A DNA stretch of 64,000 nucleotides from Phoronis australis (Eukaryota > Animalia > Phoronida), in assembly GCA_002633005.1 (NCBI GenBank), contig NMRA01000338.1:432106-496105 (forward strand), written 5' to 3'. The notes below the pieces were generated by a model. The model made no database searches. It saw only the letters and a list, made by a program, of their open reading frames with translations, and had not been told where the DNA came from. Positions 11,045 through 47,900 of the stretch are shown here, piece by piece (the stretch's first letter is position 1; the number at the start of each line of letters is the position of its first letter). The position numbers were made by a program, and so were the translations under genes.

Positions 11045-14000
11045 CTCAATACCAACTAAGCTTATGTAAAATATACAACAACCCCAATTTCTTCGTCAAA
11101 ACCTGTTTATTCAAGAAAGACTGCCAAACATCTGATGAGAGGCACTTAGAATCAAAGTTGCTGGAACTGAATACAATGTCAAACTTTAACAACCAGCAGA
11201 CCTGCAGGCAATAACTAAAACAACAAGGATCCTGAAGAACAATAATCCTTCATTTAGAAGTGTAGTGGAATATAACAAGGTGATGTAGAATAGGAATCAC
11301 ATACAAACACTTATAAACTGAATGAATTTGTAGCAGGTACATGTATAAAAATATTTTCAACCACACGAAGTTAACAGCATTAATTTTTTCCTAACCTGTA
11401 AATGATTGAGACATTGTTGAACAAAATGCCTATCATAGTATCGCTCACATATAAAGGAAATATGTTCGCCTTCGCAAAGTACATGTATTAAGCTGTCGAA
11501 TTCTGCTCATACATTTAATTAAAATCTGATTTGGGCCCGAAAGCCAGTACATAGTGAGAGTAATATGCTGGGAACAGGACAACACCAATCACCACAGCTG
11601 TAGATGGTAAGCTCCAATTTTTAGTTAGAGGATTAGGGCAGAGTATTGGCTAGGATTTTGCACGTGAGACATTCCCCCGAACTGCCAAATGGAATATGGG
11701 AGAGTTTTAGGGGGTGCCATGGCCCCCTCAGCCCCCTCTAAATCCGCCACAGCAATGGTCCTGTTTAGATAGTGCTCACCATTTTTCATTCTGCTATATT
11801 TTAACCGAAATCACTCGTGCGAAGTCATACAGAAAGCAGCTACCACTTTTCCTGCTACATGTGTTCATGATCATCTGGTCTCTTGCAATGCTTTATGAAT
11901 GAACCTCAGATCAGCATGTTTACTACAGAAATAAGCAAAACATCGTGTGAATACTGGAAGGGACAAAGAAGTTGCTTATATACAACAAAGCAAGTTAACA
12001 CAAGGTAATTTCCGTCTGAAATCTGTTCGCTAAATAGTACTATGCGACGTGCTACCTTAAACGTAATTTTAAAATGAACATGGATTTCATGACAGCATTC
12101 AATAAAGAAACAACTTAGTAACAACAAGAATAATTTGAAAAAAAAACGTCATCCCTGGCAACAACATATGGCCGAGTGATTTTAGAATGATTACAAGAAG
12201 ATCAATTTATCAAAACAAACTCAAACAAATCAAAAATTATAACAACATTACAAGGATATTGCTGTACTGCCCAAGTTAGATGTTAATGAGAATATTCTGG
12301 CTTATACCTCCGTCTTAAGTGGCTTATTGCTCACGTTTCATATAGAGTAAGGTATTCTTCCTTTTCTTCAACAATAAGATTTTAAATGACATCTGTAGCT
12401 TATAATCTATGCAAACATTGGTATGGTGTTGTTTTCTTGAATTTTGATCTTTCCCGTTGTGTTTAGTCCGTTTTAATTTTACTGACTAAATGGGCTTTTT
12501 ACCGCAACCAAATTGTTTTTATTGACAGAAATTTCTTTAAAAACCCCAGAGTTCAACTTTTGGAGACAGACTGCCTGGGAGTGCTACATTTATGTCCATG
12601 GTAAGGGTATAATTATACTTTTACGTGATGTAATGCTGCTATGAGAACCAAACACAAGTACGATTTTATAGTAGATCTAGACTTAGTGAGAGATGGTAAA
12701 TTCTTTCGGATTTTGTCACCTTTTTCTATTATCATTAAGTGTACCTCATTATCATGGGTTACTTTCTGCGATTATAGAACCACAATTTTTATGAGTAGGC
12801 CTACGTCTGATCCTCTTCTGTGTGTGACGAGCCTTCTGCCTCAGATAGAATTTTTTTCATGTAGGCAAATTATTGTTCACTGCTTGTCATACTTGAAACA
12901 CTTTCTTGTCTTCAAAAATGTATCAGATATCCTGGGTGCCAAAATCCAATGAAACAGACACTGACATAAACATAAAATGAATTACCAATTAGTGATTGCA
13001 TATGTAAATGTTACTAATACTTAATTGAAGAGCATTGGGTACTGTGAGTACATACATGGTAATTTCAATGTTTTGGGGGGGTATTTTGGTGCTGTCTTGT
13101 GACTGAAGTCTCTGATTCATTTCTCCTAGTTTTGTCTCTTCTATCATGTACGATTCAGTCTCAGTGAATATCTGAAGTGGCTGCAGGTCACATAAAATAA
13201 ACAAAGACTGCATGCAGGGAACAGACTGCTGTACATAGGATTCCAAGGCGTTTTTCAAAAATATTTTTGTAGAAAACTTATTTTTACGCTTCTTAAGATC
13301 AGCCGAAGAATTTAAAAGCAATTGAAAACTAGATTTTATCAACAAATGTTTTATGCATAATATTTAACAGCAAAAGTATATTATCTTACCTCGCTCATCT
13401 TATTGTTTTGGTAGTAATCGTTTCCTGGTTCGGCTTCCATCAAGCGTTTGATGTTGTGACCGGGCCAAACGGGAATTATTCGACAACTAAGTCACCATTT
13501 GGAATTGATACAATAATTCCGTTGGTCCAATGTCCACATTCGTTGACAGTTTAGCAACTGTCACCAACTTTAAAAAATTCTACCATTATTTTGTTTCTTG
13601 TCCTACTCAATATTACTCATTTACATGAATGACACTACTGACGTTTGCTACACCAAGTTACCCATGCAAATTTCATTGTTCAAGTAACGTAGTATATTAT
13701 ATAGCTGTCAAAGTATTATATCCAGTGTTAAGAAAGCAACATCAAGTTTTAAACAGTGTAAGAATTAAACTAATTTTAAAATGTTTGAAATAAAACACTA
13801 GGGTGTTTATTGACGATTACTACAACTTTTGTATTCATACACCGCCTTCACATCAACTGGTTATTTCGTACAATCATAAGTATTGGGCGCAGAAAAAAAT
13901 GATGTTATGTCATACCCTGTTTCTTGTGCAGTTTTTTTGTATATTCTAACGAAAAGTCTTTAAATAGTTCATAAAATTAATTTATCGAGTATCCAGAATA

Positions 14001-16392
14001 ATAAGCCCAGCAGCTAACGGCTTGTGGCTGGGTGTCAAGCTCCATTGTTTACTATTTCTACTACTAGTGACAACAGGGGGTTTGGTAAGTTGATACTTTC
14101 TAGGTTATAAACAGCTAAATAGCAATACAGGGGCTGTGGTGCTGTAGCTGGAGACAAGGGGCCTGAAACTGACTTAAGGTCATTTTAGACTTAAGTCCAA
14201 GATTTGTCTCAAGTTCCAATCTTTGAAACTTCCACATCCGGTAAGATTAAGACAAAACGTAGTAAAAAACTTGCATCAAACTTAATATCTCTTTCTCGAA
14301 ACGGAATAGAGGCAAATTTAAGTTTTATCTTAAAATTGACAGAAATTTGTCCAAGCTAAGTCAGTATTCTCGGAACGTTTCCCACAAAGGCGAGTTTTCG
14401 TCATGATTTCTCATATTTTTTATTATCTTTACTGTCCATTTTTTTCTTGATATACTCTATATTTTGCCCATGTGTATTTTCCATTGCACTGCTCATGTTT
14501 TTTGCTTTCAATATTTCAAATAAAGACACTTTACAATTTTGAATTTGACAAACTAAAAACGGCCGTAATCAACGCCTCACGTACTTCGTCGTCGCACACA
14601 CACTCGCTAGGTGTCGCCATGGTCCATGACACCGTTGCGATGTTATTCATACTGTATGAATACAAGACAGTATCGTAAGCAAAAGTCATCGATAGTAGAA
14701 AGATGCATTCCGGAAAAGGTGCAACCAGTTTCTAGGAATTAACATTTCCTGAACATAAATTTTAAGCACCGATTTGTCTGTACAACAGACCTCATTTACA
14801 CTTCAGTCCATCAGTCATGCCAGCATAGACTATGTATATTATCCATGATGCCAGTTTGTTTGTGTAAAGCTCTGCCTGTTGAGAATTCGACCAGCTAATC
14901 AGAAACGCCGGTGTAAAAAAATTCCCGAGGAAAATTAAGTGATACCTGCGTACTGGTTACTGACCACCTAGTGGCACGCAAGGAACCAGCGAGGTTTCCA
15001 CAGGGCCCCTTTTCAGTACAGGTGGCACTGTGTCAGAGGGTAAACCCACTGATATTGGAGCTTATTTTCATATGGTTTATGGTATAACAAGGAATGGCGA
15101 AGCACTGCATTTGTTGTGGTTGTGACATCTTGGTATTTGTTCACACCGTGTCTCTCTCTTCAATTTCACCCAAAACGTTGGAGAAGCACGCATGTATTGT
15201 GGTACAAGAAACTTGCTTTTTAGTATGTTCATACGTCACACGGATGTCCCTGGAGCTATAAGAAACTTTCAGTTGAAGTTGCTTTTCTTCTACTTTCTCG
15301 CTTTTGGGATACTGAATTCATGATTGTAATATGCCGTGTTATAAACGAAGGCATAATGATGCTGACAATGTGGTCACTTGTCAAAAATAGGCAAATGGTT
15401 TGAAGCCCTTTAAACGAATGCTAGAATCAGCACTTGAGACAACGTACATGTATTTATCATTGCTTGGTCAGCAACGCCCGCATCACTTAGTTATGAACAT
15501 ACAGAAAAAAGGTGACTGGAGTACAACAGATTTATTAATGAATATTCATAGTTCATGAAACTGAGGAAAAACCAACATGGAGTACAGAGCTTTTCAACAG
15601 CTTATTAAATAAGGTGATATTTTGGCCATAAACCGGACTCTATGATATTCATGGCATACGCCAACGCTAAATGCTAATTATGTATGCCTTAACAAGGAGC
15701 ACAGAAATATATTTACAGGCACTCCATAGTTTCATCAATTGTAATCACATCACATAACATTGATTTTACCTTTAAACACTCCTTGAAGTGAGAAAAATTT
15801 AGTTTTACTCAGATTTTCATGAATCACCAATAACAAGTCTGATTGCCAATGAAAACATCTGTGAGGACGAACTCAGCAGTCAACAGTCAACAAAAATTTC
15901 CAGCCGGTCACTCCTTATAATGTTATTGTGAGAATCTTTCTTGAAACTCATCACAACAGCTAACATATTAAAACAATACTAAACCCAGTTTTGGCCTATA
16001 AACATAGTGCAACAAGTTTCCTATCCAGCTCCCTTTAAACCAAAATAATGCCCTGTAACCCTCCTCAACTTTTAATAAGTTTGCAGTAAATTCTGAAAAC
16101 TCCGGATAAAGTCTACTAAATGGGCAAGCATGACCTATGCTTTAAGCGAGTTGCAGACCACCCACCACGAACCAAAATGCCCTTTCTCTGACACGGTATG
16201 TATTTTAGTTGAAACATGTCTTGATTTCTCAATCCAGATGCCAAAGTTGTATTAGCAGGGGACAGAACAAAGATTGGATGAAATCACCAAAACAGGGTTT
16301 GGTATCCTTTTAAATGAGCACTCGTTTGGGCAAGACTGCCAAATTGCAATTTTAAATAGCTAAAATAAATTATTAATCAACAAGAGTGTACA

Positions 16393-40002
<23,610 letters not shown>

Positions 40003-41921
40003 TCTTTGCGCTCGAGTGCACCGGCAATTTTAAAATATGTGAAAAGCAGTCGACTTATCGGTTCAAAAACATCCTAGTCTTGATTTTCGTCCAGGAAGCA
40101 ATGCCGCAAAAAGAGGCTGAACGGAAGTGTCTGTCCATTTAGCTCAAGCGTTCTGATTAGACAATGACATTTCCACTAACCAATCACAAGGTGTATGACA
40201 TATTTTTTCCATTACCTCGGTGTTGTTTGCAAATGGCTGCTTCTGTAAAACAATTCCTGCGGACCAACTGATCTTCACAATGGTTTTGTATAGTATACCT
40301 TAGTTATTCATCACAGGTCGGGAAAATTTTAAGGTAGGAATATACACTCACCATTCTTATGGTAGATTATTTCGCCTGAAGACTATCGATATCAATAACT
40401 GTTACTGTTAGCCTGGTGTTCACTTGTATCTGAAACATCAGCACTGCCACTATCCTTGGTAGGCTTGGTACAAAATACTAAATATACAGCTTTGCACCGA
40501 TGTGTGTGAAAAGGGGGTAAGATAATATCTGACACAAATTTAGTGTCATTAAAAACTACAGCCTTCCTTGAGTAAACTAAATTATTCAACAGTGTTGGAA
40601 AAATGGCGTTCTACCATTATTCTGCTGCTAAAGTTGTGGAGCGATCTTCTGCGTCGGCGCCATGAAATATTGCGTCACCTATTTGCCAGTTTCTTTTTTC
40701 GCCGATTCTTCAATCAACTGTTGTTCTTTCACGAGGTTGCGTACACGTCACAATAAATCATTGGAACTGGTTTCGCTTCATTATAAGTTTTTAGAATTTC
40801 GATTCAGAAAAACCAAATTTCAGAAGAAATTTTGCTGCTGCCAAGCTATCATCATCTCCCGACAGATGTCACAAAAATTTAGGAAATGGCGCGTGAGCAT
40901 GACATGAGAGTGCTGTTTTCAAAACGACAACATACTTTTCATTGTTAGAAAAGGCGGAGAGGTACGCAAGAAATTACATTTATTGCATTGTTTTTCACTT
41001 AAATGGCCGTAACGGGCAAGGTGAGTGTCGATTGATTCCCAGATTTTGCATGCACCCCATCCGGTCTTTAGCTTTACTTGGCGAGACAAGTTTCACGGCG
41101 AGGTGACAAGCAGAACTACCCTGGCTGTGTGAAATTTCGGGGTCTACGGAAGAAATACACACAGTGGTACCTAGCTCTATTGTGATGACAGTCTTCATAT
41201 AGCTAGCTGGCTGGCTACATCAGCACTTGACGTAACGAGCACTTTTGCTCTGCACCATTTCAATTTCATTAGTATTACACGCCTGAAACTGGTAGCACTG
41301 CAAATCCCAATTATCTTCCTGATGGGCTGTGAATAATTCGCTTACAAGGAAAACACGCATTTCTTAAGATATGTGGAAATTTTCATCGCTAGTTCCTTAG
41401 TGATGTTTGAACATCTTTCAGCAGGATCAAAGAAAGCGCGGTGTCAGAATCGGACACAGTTGTGATGACCGCATTGTCCGGTGCGAGCAAAACCCAGTTA
41501 AGACAATAACCCTTCCATAAACTGTAGTAAACATCCTCTGCCATTATAAATAAACCTTATGGCAGTATTCAGCTGGAAAAAAACAATATTTTTAGATATC
41601 GATGAACTAATTTGTAAGCTAAAAACTACAAACATCGGTTACAGATGGAAGATAAATGATTGTGCGTATTTATGTATTCCTAGGACTTACGAAAACTGAT
41701 CATAATTAACAATATCATAGTTTATATTCTGTTAGTAAACAACTAAACTACATTACAACAAATAAAAACAACATGTGACCAAATTAGATGTCAATAGATT
41801 TCAAGACAGCGCTTATTGCTTGTAATGTTGAACTACTTTATTTGAGGAGTTGCACACTAACCGGGAAATTGTGTTATTTCGTAATCAGCTTGTGATGAAA
41901 CACGGGTTTTGAAGACTAACC
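40003..41921. promoter_or_regulatory. Divergent promoter interval between FAM91A1 and the EF-hand/MTBD gene
   Basis: Head-to-head ATGs ~1.9 kb apart; ETS-like CGGAAGTG 40122-40129, CCAAT 40180-40184, YY1-like AAATGGCG near 40601 and 40884. Confidence 0.45.
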
Positions 41922-44900
41922 ATGTCTGGCTTCAAAGTCAGTGAGAAAATTCAAGCAATAGGTGAGGTGTGTTGGTGGACGAAAGCTGACTTCTAAGTTT
42001 CACTGACAATCAAAATCTGCCACTGTGGCACATTAAGCTTGAAAATAAATTATATGATAGCAACCCAGCAGGAAACAAAACAAAGTTGACTGGGGTTTAT
42101 TAAAAATAAAATGATGAAAACCATTATGACACATTTAAAGCCGTCGTTTGGGAAATGGCCCTTTGTCATGATGAACCCAAGTTACCATTTTTATGGCTAT
42201 TTTGTAATATTTAAAATGTATCAAATCAAAACCGTACTTTCTACATTTCCAGCTGTAACTTTGCAAATGCCAGAGAAAACCAGTTTCAGTATAATAACAA
42301 CCACCATTGCTGAGAAAGTAGTGCTAGCATTTACCTTTCTCCTTCATTAGCTCAAGTAGGAAGGGTGTGCTAAAGAGGCATTATAAAAGTTGTCTGAGCT
42401 CTAAGGGAATCTCACTGGTGAACAGTGTAAGCTAGAAATTTCCCAGGTGTTAGAAGATAAAACGAAGACAAATTATCTACCCAAAAGGAGAGGGCTGAAC
42501 GAGTTGGCAGCACTACTTTCCCAACCTCTTCTTGTAAGAGCGCCATGTGGGTCAGCCTTGTACTTGTGAGCATAGATGATTATTCTCTGTTTTAGGACAT
42601 GGTTACTCTGGTGGAAGACAGAGGCGAGGTCTTGTCTCAAATATTCCAGCTGTACGATAAAGATGAAAGAGGTGAACTGTCACCTATCCAAGTTCAGACT
42701 CTACACGCAGCCATGAGACAAGGGGGCATTAGTCTGCCGCAGGTGACCAAAATTGATACAAGGGTCATGACAACAGGCCTTCTTAATTCATTATTTATCT
42801 TACATGAATGGACTTGAAACTTTCTATTACTAAAAAATATCCGTATATTTTTTTGCTTGATTTTTGTACTCTAAATGAGACAGCTGAGATTGCTGAAACG
42901 GTATTTTAGGACCTCTTCAAACCTTGATTTACAAATCTAGAAAGTGTCCCACTGCATACTGGAATACACTAAATATTCAGAACAGTTGCAGTTATTTGCT
43001 TTTTTGAGATTCTTATGTGTGTATATGTAGTCTTGTTCTTTGTGAAAACTGCTTCACTGAATTGAGGCATGTTGAGATGAATGACACTTTAGATTCATGT
43101 CATCATTATCCTATAAGTTCACACATTTGATTGACCATTAGTGCCTCTGCCTTTGTTTTAATCAGTCACATTCTTGTAAATCTGCAACCTAAAAGTAATT
43201 TAAACGGATCTTGAGATCTAATCTCTGAACTCAAACACAGGCTCAAGATTATTTTTAAATAAAAAATAAAATTTTTAGAAGTCCACACTTGCTGACCACT
43301 AGAATCTCACCACAAAATCAAGTTTAAGCTCTTAGCTAATGTATGAATTTATCACAATGTTAATGTTGGTATCACATGAAGCATCACATACTCGATCAAG
43401 GGCACTTTATCTTAAACAGAAAATATCAGAAATGGTTTGAAATTCTGAGTTCGCAGTTCGACATCAAGCCGTGTTATTGATCTTACAGACTCTTGCTTCC
43501 ATTGACTATGTCTGTGTCAGCCATAACTGTGAGGAGTCAGAGCTGATAGACTTGCTTCAAGAGATGGACCGGCGTTACTTCTTGGTTAAGGACTTGAGGT
43601 GGGAGTTCTCCATGCTGGACAGGGAGCACAATGACACCATCAGTGAGGAACAGGCCAGGTGATATCTCCAGCTATCAGGCATACCTTCAGCTTGGATTCT
43701 ATACTTTCTCTGCTTAACATAAAACTCCATTTTTTGGCTTGATAACAAGTAGCAGTTGACATTGCACAACTTAATTGTCACTCATTTTCTCTGCAGCTGT
43801 GACAAGGTTGTGTATAAAATGTTGTTCATGTAGAAACATTTTTTGTTAAGTAAACCTCTTAATAAATAAATATCATTATGGACAAAAACGAAGGTCATAG
43901 TTTGCTGCCTTGGCTTTTGCTTCTATACAGACAAGATTATTTCCTTTGTTTGAGCAAATTATGTAAAGATTTCAATGTACTGGTCGAACACATATTTAAT
44001 GTTGCAACGCGTAACTCGATATTCACCAATACTTTGTTGAGAAAACACTCAATACCACTTTAGATCATGTCACAAAGTCATCATTTTGATGCACCTGTTT
44101 ATACATTTTATTTTATGTTAATGGGATTACATTCCTGATCCCCATTGTGATGGTAAGGTATACTCATTTCCTGTTGAATTTCTTCTCAATTCTTCAAGAA
44201 GGCACCACTCCATTTTGTGTTGTCCCATTCTTAATGATGAAGAAATGTTGCCGTTTCCCTGACGAAACAAGTGTCGTCCTGTGAGCTCAATAATAACATT
44301 TTCCCACTTAGTCCAAACAGAAAGACATTTTCCACATCATTTTGTGTTGACGCAGTTTCTGAAATATGAGCAAGAGAAGAGCCTGTTCCTCGATCAAATT
44401 AAGCCTTTGTTTCTGATCAAAGTTGTTTTCTGCACGAATTTAAACATCTTGACAAATTTTTAATTTGATGACAAAATTGATATATTCTTGCCATGACGTG
44501 TCTAAAATTCGAAGGCTTAAACAGATACTGAAATGTGTTTTGGTGATTTCAATCAAGGCCTTCTTCTGCTTCCTGCTAAATGTATCACTGTCATCCCACA
44601 TGAGTGGTAAAAAGCAAACTACCGTACGGTAAGTTCAAGTAAACATTCATACTCTCCGAGTCACAAATTTGATATTATGGTTCTTGGTGTGTGATCTTCT
44701 CTACAGTTGTTGTGTAACTCGCCTACAGTGTAGGTCACGCCTGCCTGTTTAGCAGACTTAGTTAAGGAGTTTACAAATTTTGCAACAAACGTTTGAGGGT
44801 TGTCAAGGATTACAGAACATTATTTTGTTTCAGAGAACTGGATGGGGAAGTTGTTTTCAATATCTGTTTACAGGCAAAGACCGAGTTTGGCATCCTTTTA

Positions 44901-47900
44901 ACATTCTTTACAACAACAAAAATCAGGGCTTGGAATTTTCCACGGAAACGCGGATTTCCGCTTTTTTCAAATGTGCTTTCCGCTTTTTTTATAATATTTC
45001 CGCGTAAAAAAATCGGATTTGATATAAAATTTCCGCGGCAAATTCCTTTCTTACCGCGGCGTTGCAGACGACGTTCACCTCGAAAAGCGGAAGTTGCTCT
45101 TTATGTTTCGGAGGAACATAAATTGTCAACATTGCCAGGGCATCTGGGACAGCGTGTTGGGATTTTCAATGGCGTCTCGTGTTATTGTTAAGCGCGGCGA
45201 CAAATACTACCACTCTGCAGCCAAAAATGTGTGGGTTGGGAGTGGACGGGCGAGCTAAAAGGACGCAGACGCATGCTAGTGATGGTGGTAACTTTTTTTT
45301 TTTAGTCCTCCCGATTTTTGTCGGGGAAAGGTTTACATTGACCATTTCAAGGCTGGTTATCGGGCATGATTTGGGCCGTAATAGTTTCAAAGTTTCCGCG
45401 TTTTTTGTCATTGGTCATTCCAAGCCCTGAAAAATAGGTAGATTTGTTATGTGTTGTAAACTGCCTCCTGCAACTGTCTATGTGATCTCATAGGTGGTTC
45501 ATGCAGTCGGTTCACGGGAAGCGGTTTTCCCGCAGAAAGTGGGAGAACTTCCTTCGTTCACGGGCAGTACCTCGATCAGGAGTTTGCTTTGCTGAAATCG
45601 AGGTGGAGCTGTGTAACATTCCCAGCTCAGCAGATGTAAAGGAAGAAGAAGAAGAGGCGAGGAAACAGGCTGAAGGTAAATGGAATTGTACTGTCATGGT
45701 TGTGTTCAGCTACTCTTATTCACAAGTTTCTTAGATCCTCGATCACTATGTTTAAAACAATTACCCCAAATGTGTGTGTAGTATTTCCAACTTGAATGTG
45801 TGCTTTTACGATAGTAGCATTGAAATACCACCATTGGAGCTTTAGATTAATTGATTAGTTCATTTGTGCCTTCTTTGTATCCACCTTCAGTCATAAAAAT
45901 AAATTTCACTACTCTTGTAATTATAAGACTAGTATTGGCTTGTTCCTTATTCCAATTGAAGGTGATTTCAGGGCTTAGGAAGTACTCTGAATTTCTTGCC
46001 ACTTGAGATCATGCTTGGTGCTTAAAAGGACCAGCCAAGTCAAGCTTACTTACTGAGCCTGGTCAATTATCATGGACTACGATATTCTTGTTTTCTTTGT
46101 GATCAGTTACAGTGGTGGTATTTTGTTTTTTCGCCAAGATGAATTGAAAGTAACGCTGCTCTGTTCAGTACATGCCAACAATAATCAGACAAAATGAAAG
46201 GAATTCCCTGTCTTGATAGGTGAGTGCGAACGGAATTCACTTTCAGTGTGGCAAGAATGACCAGTCATGACGACTCTCGACGAGTCATTACATGTCGTAG
46301 CCGTGGAAACGTTGTCTGATTGTGTTTGATGTGTACTGTACTTTTATACCCATGTAACCAGTGTGGTTAGTGACCTTCAATGAGTGTTCACTTTCTTTTG
46401 TTAATGCTTCCTCTCTAATTGAAGAACGGAGCCATGTGCGAAGTAAAGAGGACCAACCATTTCACATTTCTGTTGTTGCTAAGCAACACTCTGATACTCC
46501 TGTTTCAGGCAAAACTAACCCTACTAAAGGTAGTATATCAAGTTACATCAATGTTATTGGTTCAGTGCATGCATCAGTTATCATAATTGCTTGTTTTGCT
46601 TTCCTTCAGCCAAAAAGTTGATTTTGGACTGAAGATGTTTTTTCAAAGAACTGGGCAGCTTCATGCTCTTGGAGTGTTTAATTTCAACATGAAAAATTTG
46701 CATGGACACGGCTTGTTGATGAAAGATTGTTTTATTTTTAATTACCTCTCTGTTATTACAAAAATTAAGAAGCAAGTATGAAGTTGTTGCTTTCCTCCTT
46801 CAGTTTTCTAAGTGCGTAACGCTCATAACAGTCAGACCTGAATCAACTTTACTTTCCCAATCAACATCAGTTCCGTAACCTATGGTTTTTGTAAAGAAAT
46901 TTAGAGCGGTCATTATTGTCTTCTTGTAGTTCCAACTAAAGCACAAGACTAGTTTAATTATGATTGGCAGCACAGGTGCTTGAAATTTATGTCTAAGAAT
47001 CCAGCCCTTTATTACAGACTACGCGTGCACTGTACCATGTAGTAGTAGTTTAAGGGTGTATAGTTTTGTGAATTACTACATTGTCAGCTCATGTGATTGA
47101 TGAGAGCCCTGTTTCTAGAAAAAATAACCGCACAATAAGGTGCTTAAATGCTTTGTCAATTTCTGGGAACATGAAACTGCCACCCAGAGTTACAGTTATG
47201 TGTATAAAGTTTGAATTTGAATATAAGCCAGCACATTTATGGAGCTCTGACCCAGCGATTGCCTTTACATCATACTATTACCAACAATTTCTGAAAACAG
47301 GACTGAGGAACTAAAGGTGAAAAGACTTCAAAATTGTGGATGTCAATCTGGAAAACAACAGCAACTTCCAGTCACAGTTTTTGTTTAGTTATCCTAAATG
47401 GAATGCTTTGAAAAAAAGTTATTTTCATGTTCTAATATATATCTGTGTTACTGTCAACAAATTAAACTTCTCTTGGATTCCTTCCATCTTGGTCTTCAAG
47501 TCAGATTATCACAGAGCGAAAAAAAGGCCAGGAAAAATTTTGCTGCGTTTTGCCTTAGAATTCTTTCTTACTGAACATTGAATGAACACACATTTGGATG
47601 CGAGAGTGACTTCTTTTTCAAATGTGTGTCCTGATACTTACCATCAGAATGCAGTGTTAAGGAACTGGTGTTAGCATGTTGTTACAGCTGTGGCGCCATC
47701 TGGTGCCATCGTCCTGCATGGGTAGTGCCAGTGGTGATTTGATTTAGCAAATATGTACATGTATGTGCTAGATGCTTTGCTTGCTAATGACAAAATAACC
47801 ATTGATACGCCAATATTTGATAGTGCAGAAAGATTTCAAATGACAGTATGGAAAATTATTATTAATATTTTAATTGAGTTAATATTTAACCCGTTTTAAA

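Noticed and set aside
13390-13560. Minus-strand exon-like segment ending at GAG|gtaag
   Set aside because: In-frame stop, no partner exons and no recognisable motif.
41922-41961. Longer first exon ending ATAG|gtgagg
   Set aside because: Ends in phase 1, incompatible with the phase-0 exon at 42596; usable only as a UTR exon with Met 42599.
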